Source: Actinomycetota bacterium
Lineage (GTDB): Bacteria; Actinomycetota; Thermoleophilia; UBA2241
Length of the DNA stretch: 50,187 bases
Reading direction: 5' to 3'
NCBI GenBank assembly: GCA_036788155.1
Contig: DAIQNY010000001.1
Coordinates: forward strand, 1-50,187
Part shown: in pieces, positions 31,736 to 39,117 of the stretch
Layout: every line of letters starts with the position of its first letter
Position numbering within the stretch: the stretch's first letter is position 1
Translations under genes and position numbers: made by a program
The notes under the pieces: generated by a model
What the model was told of the DNA's origin: nothing
What the model saw: only the letters and a program-made list of their open reading frames with translations
Databases searched by the model: none

Positions 31736-31899
31736 ACGTATGTACCGGTCCCCAACGACGACCACCGGACAGCGCGCGTCGACCCTGTCGGTGTGAACGG
31801 GACGGGCGCATGGTGCGTCACCTGCGAAGGAGCGCCCGTCCGGGGAGCGCACGACGCGTGCTGGCGGGGGCTGGGAGCGCTTGGTAGCATGGAGCGGCG

Positions 31900-33702
31900 A
31901 TGCTGATGAGCAGGAGAATCTGGCTGGGCTTGGCCGTCGCAGCACTCGTCGCGGTCTCGTTCGCCGCGAGCGTGGTGGCCGCCCGGCGTGCTACCGAGGA
32001 CCGACCCAAGACGGTCACGCGCGGACTGGACTACTTCCATGCCCGCCAAGCCGACGACGGTGGATTCGGCGCGCCCGCCAACACGGCCTGGACCGTGCTC
32101 GGCGCTGTGGCCAGCGGCGAGCGCATGGGCTCCGCCGCCTGGAGCAAGAAGGGCAAGAACCCGTTTGAGTACCTGCAAGCCACCAATCACGAGCAGGCGG
32201 CCACCAGCGCCACCGTCGACAACGCGCCCGTCTACTACGCACGCATGATCATGGCCTACGTGGCCGTCGGCCGGCGAGAGCGCGTCTTCGTCGCCGGCAC
32301 CCCACACGTCGATCTGCTCGCCAAGCTGTACACCTATCAGGACATGGCGGACGGCTCACCTACCAAGGGCAGCTTCTCGCCGTCCAGCTCCACACGGAAG
32401 TTCGACGCCGTGCACACGACGTCGTGGGCCGTCCTGTCCATGCACAACTTCAACGTGCGAGAAGAGCGCTTTGCGCTCGCCGAATCGTGGTTGGCAGCCC
32501 AGCAGCTCTCCGGCGGCGGCTTCGCCTCCGAGTCGGGCAAGAGCGCCGACTGCCTCAACACGGCCCTCGCCATCCAGGCTCTCACGGTCGGGCCGGACGG
32601 ACTCTCCTGGGATCCCGCGGAAGCCCGGGCGTTCCTCAAGGACAACCAGAACAGCGACGGGGGGTTCCCCGTCTCCCCCGGCGGACGCACGAACGCGGAG
32701 GCCACGGCGGCCGCCATCCAGGCGATCATCGCCTTGGGCGAGCGTCCCGACGAAGCCTTCTGGAAGGCCGGCCCCAACACCCCGATCCACGCGCTCGCCG
32801 GCCTGCAGCGCAAGACCGGAGCTTACAGGCTGACCTCCAAAGAGAGTCTGCGTCCGCTTCCCGTGACTGCCTGGGCCGTCACGGCGATGAACCGAAAGAG
32901 CTTCTCCCGCTTCCCGCGGAACATCGGCTCTGCTGTCAAGGCCTTCAAGTTCCGGCCCACATTCCGCACCATCTCTCCCAAGAACGGCGCCAAGTTCACG
33001 AGTTCGCGGATCGTGCTGATCAAAGCCACCTATACGGACTTCTATCCCAAGGGCACCGGCATCAGCCCGACCGCCTGCCGGCTCTACGTGGACGGCGAGA
33101 ACAAGAGCCGGCCTGCCGACATCGGCAAGTACGGCCTCCGCCTGCTGCTCAAGAACGTGTCGAACGGAGAGCACACGTACAAGATCGAGCTGCGCGACCG
33201 CGCCGGCAACGTCAGGGTCACCGAGCGCAAGTTCACAGTGGCCTTCCCCACGCCGACGCACTCCCCCACCGTGAGGCCCACCTACAACCCCGCCCCCGTG
33301 GTGCCGACTGCCTACCCAACGCGGCCGTCGACACCTAAACCGTACCCGACTTCGCCGGCTCCGGTCCCGACCATCACGCCAACGCCATACTCCTACAGCC
33401 CGGCTCCGACGGCCCCGACCATCACCGGCTCGCCGATCCCGTCGCCCAGCACCTCGCCAAGTCCGGCCGGCGCAGGCGGCGCCGGAGGCGGCGGTAGTGC
33501 AGCGGGCTTCGTGGGTGGTACCCTGCTCGCGATGCTCCCGATCGGGGCGGTCGCCTCGTACCTCCTGCTGCGTCGTCGCGAAGACCTGCTGGGCACAGCC
33601 AGCCAGGGCACGGTCCTGAGTGGCGGCGGCAGCACGTGGGAGCGCTTCAAGCAGACACTGGCCAAGTCAAAGGACCTGACCCGACCATCGTCACGCGAGT
33701 GA
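31900..33702 (+). CDS. Secreted prenyltransferase/squalene-cyclase-repeat (alpha/alpha toroid) protein with an Ig-like domain, a ~90-aa Pro/Thr/Ser stalk and a C-terminal TM anchor
   Basis: Signal peptide RRIWLGLAVAALVAVSFAASVVAA. Repeats QADDGGFG..NTAWTVLG, QQLSGGGFA....CLNTALAIQAL, NQNSDGGFP...NAEATAAAIQAI. Stalk PTPTHSPTVRPTYNPAPVVPTAYPTRPSTPKPYPTSPAPVPTITPTPYSYSPAPTAPTITGSPIPSPSTSPSP. TM helix FVGGTLLAMLPIGAVASYLLL followed by RRRED and a 45-aa tail. Confidence 0.75.
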   Translation: MLMSRRIWLGLAVAALVAVSFAASVVAARRATEDRPKTVTRGLDYFHARQADDGGFGAPANTAWTVLGAVASGERMGSAAWSKKGKNPFEYLQATNHEQAATSATVDNAPVYYARMIMAYVAVGRRERVFVAGTPHVDLLAKLYTYQDMADGSPTKGSFSPSSSTRKFDAVHTTSWAVLSMHNFNVREERFALAESWLAAQQLSGGGFASESGKSADCLNTALAIQALTVGPDGLSWDPAEARAFLKDNQNSDGGFPVSPGGRTNAEATAAAIQAIIALGERPDEAFWKAGPNTPIHALAGLQRKTGAYRLTSKESLRPLPVTAWAVTAMNRKSFSRFPRNIGSAVKAFKFRPTFRTISPKNGAKFTSSRIVLIKATYTDFYPKGTGISPTACRLYVDGENKSRPADIGKYGLRLLLKNVSNGEHTYKIELRDRAGNVRVTERKFTVAFPTPTHSPTVRPTYNPAPVVPTAYPTRPSTPKPYPTSPAPVPTITPTPYSYSPAPTAPTITGSPIPSPSTSPSPAGAGGAGGGGSAAGFVGGTLLAMLPIGAVASYLLLRRREDLLGTASQGTVLSGGGSTWERFKQTLAKSKDLTRPSSRE

Positions 33703-33709
33703 GTAGGGA

Positions 33710-34714
33710 ATGAACGATCTTCAGCAGCTGATCTACGACGTGGCGAGGATCCTCCTCTGGCCGGTCATCATATCCGCCATCCTGTGCCTCGTCTGGGTGC
33801 TCGTCGAGCTCGGCGTGTTGCTGTACGAGCTCTGGTTGCGCTTCCGCTACCGCGACCTCGACGCCCTCGAGATCCGTGCGCTTCGGGCGCGCAAGGCGTT
33901 CCGGGACGGCAAGCCACGCACGGCGTACCGTTACCTGCAGGAGAACAACTACTCTTTGGTGGTCGTCCGCTTTCTCTACGACCTCATCCGCAACTACCAG
34001 ACCGAGCGGCTCGCCGCGAAGCCTCTCAAGCTCCTGCAGGAGTACGAGTTCTACACGATCAAGCGGCTCGAACGGACGAGGATCCTCGTCCGTGTCGGCC
34101 CCATGCTTGGCCTCATGGGCACCCTCATCCCGCTGTCGCCGGCGCTCGTCGGCCTGGCCACCGGCGACATCCAGGCGCTGACGGACAACCTCGTCACCGC
34201 GTTCTCGGTCACCGTCATCGGCCTCCTCATCGGCGGTCTCGCCTTCCTCGTCAGCATCATGCGCGACCGCCTGTACTCTCAGGACATCTCGGACATGGAG
34301 TACCTGCTCGAACTCCTCGAGGGCTCCGACGTGCGGCTGCGCTCCGGCCGGCGCCTTTCCAAGACCGGAGTGTGGGACACCGAGGCGCCCATCGAGTACG
34401 TGGTCGCCGACGAGGATGCGGAGCGCACCAGCATCGCCTCGCTACCCCAGACCCCTGACGAGCCGCTGCTGCCGGTCGCGGCGCCGACCGGGGGCAACGG
34501 CGACGCGACCGAGACGGCGGCCCTGCGCTCGAGCCCGGCTTCTGCACAACCCGACGCCGCCGAATCCGGCGAGGGCGAGGGCTTGACGTTCGGCGACCCT
34601 GCCATGGACTGGTCGCGGGAGGAGGATCCCTTCGCGAACCTCGGTCCCGTCGACCCGGAGGGGACCGACGACCCCAAGCCTCGCGGATCCGGCGGTCCCC
34701 TCCGCCGCCGCTGA
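33710..34714 (+). CDS. MotA/TolQ/ExbB-family proton channel protein with a long acidic C-terminal tail
   Basis: 334 aa. N-terminal TM helix, cytoplasmic helical region, then the family signature RVGPMLGLMGTLIPLSP ... NLVTAFSVTVIGLLIGGLAFLVS. A ~130-aa low-complexity acidic tail follows. It starts 7 nt after the upstream stop. Confidence 0.8.
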   Translation: MNDLQQLIYDVARILLWPVIISAILCLVWVLVELGVLLYELWLRFRYRDLDALEIRALRARKAFRDGKPRTAYRYLQENNYSLVVVRFLYDLIRNYQTERLAAKPLKLLQEYEFYTIKRLERTRILVRVGPMLGLMGTLIPLSPALVGLATGDIQALTDNLVTAFSVTVIGLLIGGLAFLVSIMRDRLYSQDISDMEYLLELLEGSDVRLRSGRRLSKTGVWDTEAPIEYVVADEDAERTSIASLPQTPDEPLLPVAAPTGGNGDATETAALRSSPASAQPDAAESGEGEGLTFGDPAMDWSREEDPFANLGPVDPEGTDDPKPRGSGGPLRRR

Positions 34715-34720
34715 ACGGCC

Positions 34721-35356
34721 ATGCCGTCCAACGACGATCACTCCCGGCTCCAGAATCTCGGCACCGTCATCGGCGCGCCCGAGAGCGGACTGCGCTACAT
34801 GCGGCGGCGGCGCATCGGCACTGCCGACCGCAACGGCGACCCGCTCGACGGCGTCGTCAATCTCTTCGACGTAGCGATCGTCCTGGCGGTCGGGTTCCTC
34901 GTAGCGGCACTCGCGGCGGCGGGAGTCAGCGGCCTCCTCACCAGCGAGAACATGACCATCGTCACCAATCCCGGCACCCCCGAGATGGAGGTCATCGTCA
35001 AGGATGGGGACACCATCACCAAACTCGATATGGAGTCCGGTGCCGAGGTGGCGGGCGTCGGCACGTTGATCGGCTCCTTCTACAGGCTTGCCGACGGCAC
35101 CGTCGTCTACGTGCCGTCCGGCCAGACCGCGCCCGACGGGTCCACGCCGGTGCCGGGGGAGCCCGTCGTGCCGGGCGCGACGCCCGTCCCGGGCGAGACC
35201 GCTGCGCCTGGTACGTTCCCGACTCCGGGCACCACGACGGCGCCCACCGTCGCGCCCACTCCCCCCTTCGAGACCGCGGCTCCCACGCCCACGCCGGCCG
35301 TCACGCTCACGCCAGACACCGGCGACGGCGGCGAACTGTGGCCCGGCATACCCTGA
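34721..35356 (+). CDS. DUF2149-like / ExbD-TolR-like single-pass membrane protein with a Pro-rich C-terminal tail
   Basis: DPLDGVVNLFDVAIVLAVGFLVAAL resembles the ExbD/TolR N-terminus, with an Asp at the head of the TM helix. A beta-rich segment follows (MTIVTNPGTPEMEVIVKDGDTITKLD ... FYRLADGTVVYVP), then a Pro/Thr/Ala-rich tail. The start may instead be ATG 34799 (MRRRRIG). Confidence 0.6.
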   Translation: MPSNDDHSRLQNLGTVIGAPESGLRYMRRRRIGTADRNGDPLDGVVNLFDVAIVLAVGFLVAALAAAGVSGLLTSENMTIVTNPGTPEMEVIVKDGDTITKLDMESGAEVAGVGTLIGSFYRLADGTVVYVPSGQTAPDGSTPVPGEPVVPGATPVPGETAAPGTFPTPGTTTAPTVAPTPPFETAAPTPTPAVTLTPDTGDGGELWPGIP

Positions 35357-35358
35357 GC

Positions 35359-35394
35359 GACGGGCTCGGCCGGTCGCCTGTGGGTCGAGCCGTC
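35359..35394. terminator. Hairpin between the convergent DUF2149-like and parB genes (possible bidirectional terminator)
   Basis: gacgggctcg (35359-35368) pairs with cgagccgtc (35386-35394), with one bulged G and a 17-nt loop. No clear T-tract. It overlaps the parB stop codon. Confidence 0.3.
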
Positions 35395-36367
35395 AGCCGA
35401 GGGAGCGCAGCAACTCGATGAGCCGCAGGAGTTCCTCGCCGTCCTTGAACCCGATCTGAATGGATCCGCCACGGCGACCGCTGCGGATGCGCACCGGCGC
35501 CTCGAACACCCCGTACAGCTCGTCTGCGAGGTCGGTGAAGTCGGCGGCGCTCGGCGTTGAGCCCGGCGTCGTCTTCTGACGCTCAGCGCCGTCGTTGAGC
35601 TTGCGTACGAGCGCCTCGACCTGGCGGACGGTGAGGCCCTTTGTGACGACGAGACGTGCGACACTCCGGCGTTCGCCGTGGTCGGGCAGCGCCAGAAGCG
35701 CGCGACCGTGACCTTCCGTCAGGTCGCCGCGCTCGATCAGCGCCTGAACGTCGTCAGGCAGGTCGAGCAGCCGCAGGAGGTTGGTGACGGCGACGCGACT
35801 GCGGCCTACGAGCTCGGCGATCCGCTCGTGCGTGAGGCCGAATTCGTCCACGAGCGACGCGTACGCCAGAGCCTCCTCCACGGCGTTGAGGTCCTCGCGG
35901 GCCACATTCTCCGCCAGCGCGATCTCCAGCGAGGAGATCTCATCCGCCGGCCGGACGAGCGCGGGGATGTACGAGAGTCCCGCCAGCTTGGCAGCGCGAA
36001 GTCGCCGCTCGCCGGCGATGAGCTCGAAGCGGACGCCGGTGGCGGCCGGCACGCCATCGGCCGCGCCTTCGTGGAGCGGCCGCACGACGACGGGCTGGAC
36101 CACCCCGAGAGACCGGATCGACGCCGTCAACTCCTGAAGCTCGTCGTCCGAGAACGTCCGGCGAGGCTGCCGCCGATTGACACCGATATCCGCCAACGGC
36201 AGTTCTCGCAAGCGCCCCTCATTCAGCGACGGACCGGTGCCGGCGCGGCTGAGCGCGGCGCGGCTCTCTCCGATGAGTGCTCCCAGACCCTTCCCCAGGG
36301 CCTTCTTGCCGGTCGCCGACCGCTCAGGCCGCCGGTCGCTGCTCTCGGGCTCTCGGGCGTCAGTCAC
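35393..36367 (-). CDS. parB: Chromosome partitioning protein ParB
   Basis: KGLGKGLGALI, LPLADIGVNRRQPR, the arginine patch LIAGERRLRAAKLAG, and an HTH. I prefer GTG 36367 (AAGGAGG about 9 nt upstream, GTGA overlap with the parA stop) to the track start 36448. Confidence 0.9.
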   Translation of the reverse strand: MTDAREPESSDRRPERSATGKKALGKGLGALIGESRAALSRAGTGPSLNEGRLRELPLADIGVNRRQPRRTFSDDELQELTASIRSLGVVQPVVVRPLHEGAADGVPAATGVRFELIAGERRLRAAKLAGLSYIPALVRPADEISSLEIALAENVAREDLNAVEEALAYASLVDEFGLTHERIAELVGRSRVAVTNLLRLLDLPDDVQALIERGDLTEGHGRALLALPDHGERRSVARLVVTKGLTVRQVEALVRKLNDGAERQKTTPGSTPSAADFTDLADELYGVFEAPVRIRSGRRGGSIQIGFKDGEELLRLIELLRSLG

Positions 36368-37121
36368 GGGAGACGACCTCCTTGGCAAGATCGAAATAGG
36401 CGTCGCTACCGGCGCAGGTCGCATCATAGCGCGAGATCGGAAGGCCATGGCTCGGAGCCTCGCTGAGCCTCACGTTGCGCGGGACGACGGACTCGAAGAC
36501 GTACTCCCCGAGGTGCGCGCGCACCTCGCTCGCGACCTCCCGGCCGAGGCGCGTACGCCCGTCGTACATCGTCACGACGACTCCAAGCATTGCCAGCTCC
36601 GGATTCAGGTGCTCCTGCACCAGGCCGATCGTCTCGAGTAGCGCCGCCAGCCCTTCGAGCGCGTAGTACTCGGCCTGCACCGGGACGAGCACCTCGCGCG
36701 CCGCCACCAAGGCGTTGATGGTGAGAACGCCGAGCGAGGGTGGGCAATCGATGAAGACGAAGTCGTACGACGCCAGGTGTCCGGCGAGAGCGTACTCGAG
36801 TACGTACTCGTTACCGTCCGCGTTCGCGAGCTCGACGACCGCGCCTGCAAGGTCCGCGCACGCCGGCACCAGCGAGAGATGCTCCACGGCCGTGGCTGTC
36901 GTGGCATCGGCGATGCCGGCGGCTCCGCCCAGCACACCGTAGCTGGTGAGTCGCGCATCCTCGGCACGGATGCCGAGGCCGGCCGAGGCATTGGCTTGCG
37001 GATCCATATCGAGAAGGAGAACGTCGAACCCCGCTTCGGCCAGACAGGCGGCGAGGTTGACGGCGGTGGTGGTCTTGCCGACCCCGCCCTTCTGGTTGGT
37101 CACGGCGATGACGCGGGTCAC
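36360..37121 (-). CDS. parA: Chromosome partitioning ATPase ParA/Soj
   Basis: 253 aa. Deviant Walker A NQKGGVGKTTTAVNLAACLA, then FIDCPPSLG. Confidence 0.9.
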   Translation of the reverse strand: MTRVIAVTNQKGGVGKTTTAVNLAACLAEAGFDVLLLDMDPQANASAGLGIRAEDARLTSYGVLGGAAGIADATTATAVEHLSLVPACADLAGAVVELANADGNEYVLEYALAGHLASYDFVFIDCPPSLGVLTINALVAAREVLVPVQAEYYALEGLAALLETIGLVQEHLNPELAMLGVVVTMYDGRTRLGREVASEVRAHLGEYVFESVVPRNVRLSEAPSHGLPISRYDATCAGSDAYFDLAKEVVSRD

Positions 37122-37208
37122 CAGGCTCCTTTCGAGGGGCCCCGATACTAGCAGACGGTGACGAGCAGACGGGGGGTCGTGACCGGCGAAATCGCCCCGA
37201 ACCAGGCT

Positions 37209-37940
37209 TCAGAGGGCCAGCGGGCGTTTGGCGGCCATGCCTTCACGTCGCGGCAGCCAATCCGGACATGGCTCCGTCTTCCGAAACACAGCGCAGACCG
37301 CCTGGTCGAGCGGCGATACGGCGAGCGGGACGGGCGCCTCCTGCCTGAGCCCGCAGCGCTCGGCGGTGCCAGCGGCGGCCTGGCCTTCCTCGCGCAGGGC
37401 GGTCCTCGTCTTGCTGGCGAGAAGGACGCCTCCAGTCGCCAGCAGCGGCGCGGCAAGCTCCACGAGCACGGCGAGCTGTGCCACGGCACGGGCAAGGACC
37501 ACGGCGTACGCCTCACGCCCCGGCGAGTTGACGGCGGAGTGGCGCTCACTGCGGCGGCAGATCACGCTCGCTCGTCCTTCGAGACCGGTGGCGGTCACCG
37601 CCGCTCTCATGAAGTCGCACTTCTTTGCCACTGCGTCGAGCAACGTGATTCGCACGCCGGAGAGGGCGACTGCGAGCGGGATGCCGGGGACGCCGGCGCC
37701 GGCGCCGAGATCCAGCAGAGCGGCACCGGCGTGCTCCCGCAGCTGGGGCACGTCGAGCAGCGCGAGCGAGTCCCCGATCAGCGTGTCGATCACGGCGACC
37801 GGGTCGGTCAGCCCCGTGACGTTGGACTTGCGCCAGCCGAGCAGCACCTCCGCGTAGGCGGCCAGCGCGTCCGTCTGCTCCGGGCTCAGGCCGTGCATCG
37901 TCGCGATGCGCTCCAGCGCCTTTCGCGCTCTTACATCCAC
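37209..37940 (-). CDS. rsmG: 16S rRNA (guanine527-N7)-methyltransferase RsmG (GidB)
   Basis: 243 aa. SAM motif LLDLGAGAGVPGIPLAV, in the conserved position upstream of parA-parB. Confidence 0.85.
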   Translation of the reverse strand: MDVRARKALERIATMHGLSPEQTDALAAYAEVLLGWRKSNVTGLTDPVAVIDTLIGDSLALLDVPQLREHAGAALLDLGAGAGVPGIPLAVALSGVRITLLDAVAKKCDFMRAAVTATGLEGRASVICRRSERHSAVNSPGREAYAVVLARAVAQLAVLVELAAPLLATGGVLLASKTRTALREEGQAAAGTAERCGLRQEAPVPLAVSPLDQAVCAVFRKTEPCPDWLPRREGMAAKRPLAL

Positions 37941-37968
37941 GCCTCGGACACCCTCCGTCCCGCGCCGA

Positions 37969-39117
37969 TCACACGGTCACGGCCTCCTGCAACGCCTGAG
38001 CGAGCTCATCCACATCTTCCGGCGTGGTCTGCCAGGAACACATGAAGCGAACCACGCCCGCAGCCTCATCCCACACGTAGAAGTGGTATCGCTGTCGCAG
38101 GCGCTCGATGGCAGCCGCAGGCAGGGCCACGAACACGGCGTTCGCCTCCACTGGATAGGCAAGCCTCACCCCGGGGACGCCCGCGGCGGCACCTCCCAGC
38201 CGCTGGGCCATGGCATTCGCGTGCCCGGCGGTCTCTCGCCACAGCCCGCCCTCGAAGAGACGCAGCAGCTGAACGGAGACGTACCGCATCTTCGAAGCCA
38301 GCTGGGTTCCCTGCTTTCGCGCGTAGAGGTAACCGGCAGCGAGCTCCGGGCGGAAGAACACCACGGCCTCAGCACCCAGAAGGCCGCTCTTGGTACCACC
38401 GAGCGTCAGAAGATCGACCCCGCAATCGGTGGTGAGCTCGCGCAACCCCGACCCCAGCGAGACGGCCGCATTCACGAGTCGCGCGCCGTCGACATGGAGC
38501 AGCAAGCCGGCGTCCCGCGCTTGGCGAGCCAGCGCCTGGATCTCGTCAGGTGTGTAGACCGTGCCGAGCTCGGTGGACTGGGAGATCGAGACGACTCTGG
38601 CCTGGACGTGATGCTGGTCTCCGAAGCCCGTGAGCCGTGGATGCACGAGCTCAGGCGTGAGCTTGCCGTCCGCTGTGACGACGTCGATCAGTTTGGCGCC
38701 GGCGAGCCGTTCGGGTGCGCCGCACTCATCCACGTTGATGTGGGCCGTCTCGGGGCAGATCACGGCCTCGTGCGCCCTGAGCACCGCCGAGAGGGCCGTG
38801 ACGTTGCCTCCGGTCCCGTTGAAGACCGGGAAGACCTCAACGTCGCCGAGAAGCTCGCGCAGGCGACCGCGCAGTCGGTGGGTCCACGGGTCGTCTCCGT
38901 AGGCGCGAGCCCACCCCACGTTGGCGGCGGCGACCGCCGCGACCACGTCCGGGTGCGCCGCCGCGTAATTGTCGCTGGCGAACAACGTGAGCACGTCGCT
39001 CCTGGCGTCCTGGGCGGCCGCTGTGACGTCGTCGCGTCCACCGGCTGCTGCGGGACGCTCGTGCATCGCTCCCCCGAGTGGACCGCCCGTGGCCGACTCG
39101 CGGCCGCCGTCGGTCAC
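37969..39117 (-). CDS. Low-specificity threonine aldolase family protein (beta-eliminating lyase fold, PLP)
   Basis: FASDNYAAAHPDV ... YGDDPWT ... FNGTGGNVTAL ... HVDGARL ... LGGTKSGLLGAEAVVF (PLP lysine). The GTG start overlaps the upstream stop (GTGA). ATG 39066 is an alternative start. Confidence 0.8.
   Translation of the reverse strand: MTDGGRESATGGPLGGAMHERPAAAGGRDDVTAAAQDARSDVLTLFASDNYAAAHPDVVAAVAAANVGWARAYGDDPWTHRLRGRLRELLGDVEVFPVFNGTGGNVTALSAVLRAHEAVICPETAHINVDECGAPERLAGAKLIDVVTADGKLTPELVHPRLTGFGDQHHVQARVVSISQSTELGTVYTPDEIQALARQARDAGLLLHVDGARLVNAAVSLGSGLRELTTDCGVDLLTLGGTKSGLLGAEAVVFFRPELAAGYLYARKQGTQLASKMRYVSVQLLRLFEGGLWRETAGHANAMAQRLGGAAAGVPGVRLAYPVEANAVFVALPAAAIERLRQRYHFYVWDEAAGVVRFMCSWQTTPEDVDELAQALQEAVTV

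Noticed and set aside
31384-31899. Cobalamin riboswitch upstream of the toroid/ExbB-like operon.
   Set aside because: I looked for the B12-box-like core (GCCACTG ... AGCCAGGAGACCTGCC). I found only loose resemblances (ccacagccaggcgg...ctgcc at 31411-31438; ggtgcgtcacctgcg near 31812-31826), with wrong spacing and orientation. This is not supportable by eye and needs cmsearch with RF00174.
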